A stretch of 63,806 nt of DNA, counting the filler. It is 6 parts of 6 records of this genome, joined end to end, with 100 filler letters (N's around TTAATTAATTAA, not from the genome) between each part and the next. Parts side by side here need not be neighbours in the genome. Positions count along the whole stretch, not along the records: positions 58,805 to 63,806 come from SRR31156797_28403; 5 more parts are not named here. One strand, 5' to 3'. The position numbers and the translations under genes were made by a program. The notes below the pieces were generated by a model. That model ran no database searches. It had not been told where the DNA came from and saw nothing but the letters and a program-made list of their open reading frames with translations. Positions 58,988-63,806 of this stretch are shown here, piece by piece. Positions within the stretch are counted from its first letter, which is position 1. Every line of letters starts with the position of its first letter.

Positions 58988-59634
58988 TCCCTCCGGCAGG
59001 CCCCTTCACCGGGAGGCTCTGGAAGGAGTGCCGGGATACGGTGGAAAGGATAGCCGACGCCCCCTTCTACAGAGCCATGGCGGAGGGCGGCCTCTCGCGC
59101 GACAGCTTCCGGAGCTATCTGGAACAGGACGCCCTCTACCTGGCGGAGGACAGCCGGGCCCTGAAGATGACCGCCGAAGCCTGCGTCATCCCCGCGGAGA
59201 AGGCCTTCTTTGAAAAACTGGCGACCCAGGGGATGGATCTGGAAAGGGATCTTCACCGGAGGCTCGGGGAAGAGTTTTCACTGGAAGTGAAGCCCGCGGA
59301 GATGTCACCGGCCTGCCGCTGTTACAGCGCCCACCTGCTGGAAGCGGCGGAACGCGGCAGCTGCCGTGAGTCGGCGACCGCGCTGCTGCCCTGCTACTGG
59401 GTCTATCAGAACGCCGGGCTCAAAGTAAGGGAACGGTCGACAGGGGCGAATCCCTACGGGGAGTGGCTGGAGACCTACGGGGGCGAGGAGTTCGCCTCGT
59501 ATACACGTGAGTTCATCGCCCTTATCGAATCCATGTCCGCGAAGGCTGGCGAAGCGGAGAGAGAGAGGATGGCCGGGCTGTTCGCAAAGAGCGCGGATCT
59601 GGAGCTTGCGTTTATAAGCAGCTTCCCCGCTTAA
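58984..59634 (+). CDS. tenA: TenA family (thiaminase II) protein
   Basis: YLEQDALYL, LLPCYWVY with catalytic Cys, NPYGEWLETY; coupled to thiD. Confidence 0.88.
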   Translation: MIPPAGPFTGRLWKECRDTVERIADAPFYRAMAEGGLSRDSFRSYLEQDALYLAEDSRALKMTAEACVIPAEKAFFEKLATQGMDLERDLHRRLGEEFSLEVKPAEMSPACRCYSAHLLEAAERGSCRESATALLPCYWVYQNAGLKVRERSTGANPYGEWLETYGGEEFASYTREFIALIESMSAKAGEAERERMAGLFAKSADLELAFISSFPA

Positions 59635-61046
59635 AGCCCCTTTGGGACGACGCAGTTTCGTCCCCGGTCCTTGGCCTCGTAGAGGGCTTCGTCCGCCCGG
59701 TCGAAGGCCTTTGAGAAATCCAGGGGACTCTCCAGAGAGCTGATCCCTACGGAGATGGTCACATCCGTCTCCTTCTGTACGCTTTCCCTGATGCGGTCGG
59801 CAATGCCGACGGCCCCTTTTCCATCGGAATAGAGGAGGATGACGAACTCGTCGCCTCCCCAGCGGATCAGGACATCGGGAGTGCGGAGCTGACGGCGGAC
59901 CAGAGAGGAGACCTTCTTCAGAATACGGTCCCCCGCCTTATGCCCCCTCCTGTCATTCACCTCCTTGAAGAAGTCTATATCGAAGATGATCAGGACCGGC
60001 GAGTATGTGCCCTCTGCCGGGGCGTGGGAGCGGGACAGATGCCTCTCCAGGTATTCGCGGTTGTAGCATCCCGTGAGGGCATCCTGATAGGCTTTGACCG
60101 AAAGGCGTCGGCTTGAGACCGAACTGACCAAAATGGAAGCGCCTACGACAATGAGAGAAAAACACAAGATGGCCAGGACCGAGAACAGGCTCTGTCTGCG
60201 GAATTCCTTCAGCACGTCCGTAACGTCCAGTTCGAGAAAAAGGCAACGCTGAATCTCCGGAAGAAAACGGATAAGCAGCAGATAGTCCCCGCCGTTCTCG
60301 CGATTGCGAGCCCATACGGTAATATCCTCTCCCCCGGTGAGCTCCTTATTGTCCCTATAATCAAGGCCATACAACTCCTCCAGACTCTGGCTGCGTCTGT
60401 CGAGGGGAAGGCGAAACCGTCCGAGGCTGTCCAGAAAAGAAACCTGTATGCCCTCATGAACTTCCCTTACCCTGTCGTAGAACTTCTCATAGGAAAGCCC
60501 CAGTCCGGCAGTCCCGACGACCTGTCCCTCCAGATTCCTTATCTTGAAATCATGGAAGAAGGAGTACAGGGGGGCATAGTCGCTATCCGGATCGTAAAGG
60601 CTGTAACGGTAATCGCTTTGCGTCTCCAGGAATTCGGGGACCCAGGCATCCCGAAGCGAACTGTAGTCAAGCTCAAGGTTTTGCTCGAGATCATAGTAGC
60701 GCTTCGACGCCAGGGAAACGATTCCGATGTTCTTCACATCCAGGATCCGGCTCCAGCTCCGCAGATACTCCTGGATGCGCTCGCCGTCTTCCTCCTCCTC
60801 GAAAAACCTTCTGTCGAAAGAGGCGGCGAACAGACGGGAGACAAGGGCGTAGTTGCTGTTGATGTCTTCCATGGACGAGGCGATGGCATCTGCGATCACC
60901 GGCATGGTGGTGTCCGAGAGACCTCTGCGGAAAACGGTTTCGTTGGATCTGTAATAGAAGAAATTAATCACCAGAACACCCGGGATCAGCAGCAGCGCGG
61001 AGAGAATGGCAATCCGGTTCAGTCGGAGTATCGAGTCCTTTATCAT
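59631..61046 (-). CDS. Membrane sensor diguanylate cyclase
   Basis: Two TM helices flanking a Cache-like domain; DALTG, DIDFFK, RxxD I-site (RTPD), RWGGDEF. Confidence 0.92.
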   Translation of the reverse strand: MIKDSILRLNRIAILSALLLIPGVLVINFFYYRSNETVFRRGLSDTTMPVIADAIASSMEDINSNYALVSRLFAASFDRRFFEEEEDGERIQEYLRSWSRILDVKNIGIVSLASKRYYDLEQNLELDYSSLRDAWVPEFLETQSDYRYSLYDPDSDYAPLYSFFHDFKIRNLEGQVVGTAGLGLSYEKFYDRVREVHEGIQVSFLDSLGRFRLPLDRRSQSLEELYGLDYRDNKELTGGEDITVWARNRENGGDYLLLIRFLPEIQRCLFLELDVTDVLKEFRRQSLFSVLAILCFSLIVVGASILVSSVSSRRLSVKAYQDALTGCYNREYLERHLSRSHAPAEGTYSPVLIIFDIDFFKEVNDRRGHKAGDRILKKVSSLVRRQLRTPDVLIRWGGDEFVILLYSDGKGAVGIADRIRESVQKETDVTISVGISSLESPLDFSKAFDRADEALYEAKDRGRNCVVPKGL

Positions 61047-61239
61047 ATATCAGTCAAACAGCTTTATCATGGCAAGGTAACGGTATTCTGTATCTGTCTT
61101 CTACAGGATGTCAACGAAAATATTGAATAATACTCTGAGTGAAATCCTTACAAAATAATATACAATCGCCTGATTTGCGGATATATTGATTTCGGTTAAG
61201 AAATAGAGAGAGGGGGGCAATCCCCTTCGGAGGTTCGAA

Positions 61240-63453
61240 ATGAAGCTCATTTACAAATTGATATTCATCAATCTGCTGATCCCCATGATTATGATCACCC
61301 TGATCATCGCCGTCCTTCAGACAAGAAGCCGGCAATCCGCAGAGGCGGAGGTCAAAAAAGCCCTGGAGCTCCAGCTGGGCTATGCCGTTTCCGAGATAGA
61401 AACCCTTATCGCTCTGAAGAAACAGTATCTCATGGACCAGGCGGGACTCTCCACCACCGTCTTGCTCTATGACGATGCGAAGGATACCAACGATCCCAGT
61501 TACTGGGAGTCCCTGGAGGAATACAAGAGATGGAGCCTTGATTTCGCCTCCACCGAAAAGCTGCAGAAAGACGTCGACAACACCTACGTCGGCTACAAGG
61601 GGATCGCTCCTACCATCGAGCCCCAATGGGAGGCCATGCCCGATGATTACGACACCAATGTCCGCCCCTGGTACACCATGGCCGTAGAGAAAAACGGTTT
61701 TGTCATCACCCCTCCCTACCGCTATCAGAACCTGAACAACACGAACATAGGCCTCTCCATGGGCTACCCCATCTACAGAAAAGGGGTAAACGCCGGAACC
61801 GGTTCAGCCAGGGACATCATAGGCGTAGCCGGCATAGACGTCTCTCTGACCCAGATTAAAATGACCTGCCGCAGGCTGGAGAACGATCTGAGCGTCGTGA
61901 TCGGCATCTACGACAGAGACGGCGCCATACTCTACGACGGCGACTATCAGGCCATGGTCAGCGCGGGGGAGCTGGAACCGCCTGAGAGGGAGGTCATGCA
62001 TTTTGCAGACTTCCTTACGGCGGTGGAAGGGGAATCAAGCCGGGAGGCGAACAGGGAGCTTTTCGATACACTGAAAGGCCCCCCCGGCAGCTTCATGCTC
62101 GACTTCGCCGGAGAGCCGGTTGTCCTCGCCCACACCACCATGCTGGACGAACGCTGGATAGTAAGCATCTCCCAGCCCTTCGCCGTACAGGGAGGTCCCG
62201 TTCTCCGGGACGAGCTATGGGGAAACCTCTCCATAGGAATCATCCTGTTCATCATCCTTGCGATCTCCACAGCCCTCATCCGGCTGATCCTGATAAAGAA
62301 CATTGTCCGCTCGGGAGAGGCTCTCAGCGGTATAGCCGAAGGGGACGCCGACCTGACGGTGAGAATGGAATCCAGGAGCAAAGACGAGATCGGCCGGATG
62401 GCGGAGAGCTTCAACGCCTTCGTGGGCAAGATGAGGAACTGGGTCAACCAGATCACGGGGGTCATATCCGAAACCGATGAGGTGGGAGCCCAGCTCTCCT
62501 CTTCCACCGAAGAGACGACCGCCTCACTGGAAGAGGCCTCGGCCATCTTCCGGTCCATAGAAGAGGAGGGCCGGACCCTGGGAAGAAGCATCGCCGAAAC
62601 CGTGAGCGCCATAGAGCAGATCAACGGCAATATCGGCTCCATAGACAGCCAGATCGAGGACCAGGCCTCCATGGTTGAGGAGTCCACCGCCGCCATCACC
62701 CAGATGATAGCGTCCCTCGGCAACGTGGACGGCATAACGAAGAACAAAAAAGAGGCCACCAGGGCCCTTTCGAAGATCAGCGACGAGGGCAAGAAGCAGA
62801 TAGACGAGACCTCGGAGCGCTTCTCCGAACTGGTCAAGTCTGTCAACTCCATCCAGGAGATGGCCGATGTCATAGACGGCATCGCCTCCCAGACCAACCT
62901 CCTCTCCATGAACGCCGCCATAGAGGCCGCCCACGCGGGGGATGCGGGAAAGGGATTCGCCGTAGTGGCCGAGGAGATCCGTAAGCTGGCCGAAACCTCA
63001 TCCGAGAGTTCCCGGAATATCACCGCTCTGATCCAGAAGGTGACGGAGATGGTAGCCGGCAGCGATGAGAGCGTCAGACACACAAGCCGGATCTTCGACG
63101 AGATAGCCTCGGAGGTGGGCGACACGGTCGACGCCTTCAGCGAGATCGAGCACTCCATCTCCGAGCTGAATGCGGGCAGCCGCCAGGTCCTGAAGGCCTC
63201 GGAGGAGATCAACGAGCTGACCGTTCAGATCAGAAGCGGATCGGGAGAGATCAACAACGGCACCGCCTCCATCCTGGAGGCCAGCACGCAGGTCCGGGAG
63301 ATCTCGGAGAGGATGCTGGAAGGGATGGGCGAGGTGTCCATCGGCAACAGCGAGATCCTTAAGGCCATGCAGCTGATGGTCGGCCAGACGGAGCGGCTGG
63401 ATAAGATCGTAGGCAGACTGAAGGAGCAGTTCGGAGGATTCAAAACCGAATGA
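61240..63453 (+). CDS. Methyl-accepting chemotaxis protein (dCache-HAMP-MA)
   Basis: RPWY Cache motif; DLTVR...[43 protein letters not shown]. Confidence 0.95.
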   Translation: MKLIYKLIFINLLIPMIMITLIIAVLQTRSRQSAEAEVKKALELQLGYAVSEIETLIALKKQYLMDQAGLSTTVLLYDDAKDTNDPSYWESLEEYKRWSLDFASTEKLQKDVDNTYVGYKGIAPTIEPQWEAMPDDYDTNVRPWYTMAVEKNGFVITPPYRYQNLNNTNIGLSMGYPIYRKGVNAGTGSARDIIGVAGIDVSLTQIKMTCRRLENDLSVVIGIYDRDGAILYDGDYQAMVSAGELEPPEREVMHFADFLTAVEGESSREANRELFDTLKGPPGSFMLDFAGEPVVLAHTTMLDERWIVSISQPFAVQGGPVLRDELWGNLSIGIILFIILAISTALIRLILIKNIVRSGEALSGIAEGDADLTVRMESRSKDEIGRMAESFNAFVGKMRNWVNQITGVISETDEVGAQLSSSTEETTASLEEASAIFRSIEEEGRTLGRSIAETVSAIEQINGNIGSIDSQIEDQASMVEESTAAITQMIASLGNVDGITKNKKEATRALSKISDEGKKQIDETSERFSELVKSVNSIQEMADVIDGIASQTNLLSMNAAIEAAHAGDAGKGFAVVAEEIRKLAETSSESSRNITALIQKVTEMVAGSDESVRHTSRIFDEIASEVGDTVDAFSEIEHSISELNAGSRQVLKASEEINELTVQIRSGSGEINNGTASILEASTQVREISERMLEGMGEVSIGNSEILKAMQLMVGQTERLDKIVGRLKEQFGGFKTE

Positions 63454-63519
63454 TCCCCCGAAATTCCCAGGAAAGACCGGGGCTGTTCAATACGGAGGCA
63501 GCGCTTGTATAATGTTTCT

Positions 63520-63806
63520 ATGAACAGCATCGTCCTCATTTTCCTCAGTTCCTTTGCCATAGGCTTTTCGGGAGCCCTGATGCCGGGTCCCCTTCTCAGC
63601 GTCACTATAAGCGAGAGCGGACGCCGGGGATGGACCGTGGGGCCCCGCTTTATCCTGGGCCATGCCCTGCTGGAGCTTCTCCTTCTGGCCGGGCTCTTCC
63701 TGGGCCTGGCCCCTCTGCTGGCCAGCACGGCCGCCTTTATCCTGATCGCCTTCGCCGGCGGATCGGTCATGGTCTGGATGGCCTGGGGGATGTTCCGCTC
63801 CCTCCC
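63520..63806 (+). CDS. LysE family translocator, 3'-truncated (absent from ORF track)
   Basis: Translates as MNSIVLIFLSSFAIGFSGALMPGPLLSVTISES.RRG...GP...LGHALLE. Confidence 0.9.
   Translation, partial: MNSIVLIFLSSFAIGFSGALMPGPLLSVTISESGRRGWTVGPRFILGHALLELLLLAGLFLGLAPLLASTAAFILIAFAGGSVMVWMAWGMFRSL

Noticed and set aside
61947-63212. 421-aa minus-strand ORF
   Set aside because: Antisense shadow of the GC-rich MCP gene; Ser-rich with no domain signal.
63225-63770. 181-aa minus-strand ORF
   Set aside because: Overlaps the MCP end and the plus-strand LysE gene.
1-63806. rRNA, tRNA, transposase, integrase or cas genes
   Set aside because: None recognised on either strand by eye.

Overview
This window is not one locus. 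It is six unrelated contigs joined by artificial 100-nt spacers (N-run + TTAATTAATTAA + N-run) at 8543-8642, 16579-16678, 43083-43182, 53017-53116 and 58705-58804. Taxon calls below are inferred from gene content. (1) 1-8542, probably a spirochaete: flavodoxin-like gene, DUF134/DUF5320 pair with a palindromic operator, ECF sigma/anti-sigma/membrane protein, EamA transporter, FAD oxidoreductase, and an AT-richer block with a beta-propeller lipoprotein and a truncated coiled-coil protein. (2) 8643-16578, a sulfate-reducer-like Desulfobacterota: glgC, YccA, tatA, qrcABCD. (3) 16679-43082, Bacteroidota: hutU, a CotH/lamin-tail T9SS protein with an alkaline phosphatase, glutamine synthetase III, MbnP/MbnH-like pair, several T9SS cargo proteins, an ECF sigma/anti-sigma/beta-barrel/PKD cluster followed by a structured non-coding region, and a Na+/sugar symporter. 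(4) 43183-53016, Methanosarcinaceae-like archaeon: SEFIR-NB-ARC-TPR protein, ATPase-DUF234, a structured non-coding element and a 10-PAS histidine kinase. (5) 53117-58704, Methanosarcinaceae-like: subtilase plus an S-layer-domain/Ig/GLUG surface protein. (6) 58805-63806, probably a spirochaete: thiD, tenA, GGDEF, MCP, LysE. The best leads are a candidate ECF-sigma-driven small RNA with repeated anti-start-codon seeds (about 39945-40220), a promoter-bounded structured archaeal RNA (about 47680-47890), an archaeal SEFIR-NLR that appears to start at ATA, a split anti-sigma/beta-barrel system, a toxin-like coiled-coil protein, and a Glu-His-Ser subtilase. All family assignments come from motif recognition by eye; no searches were run.
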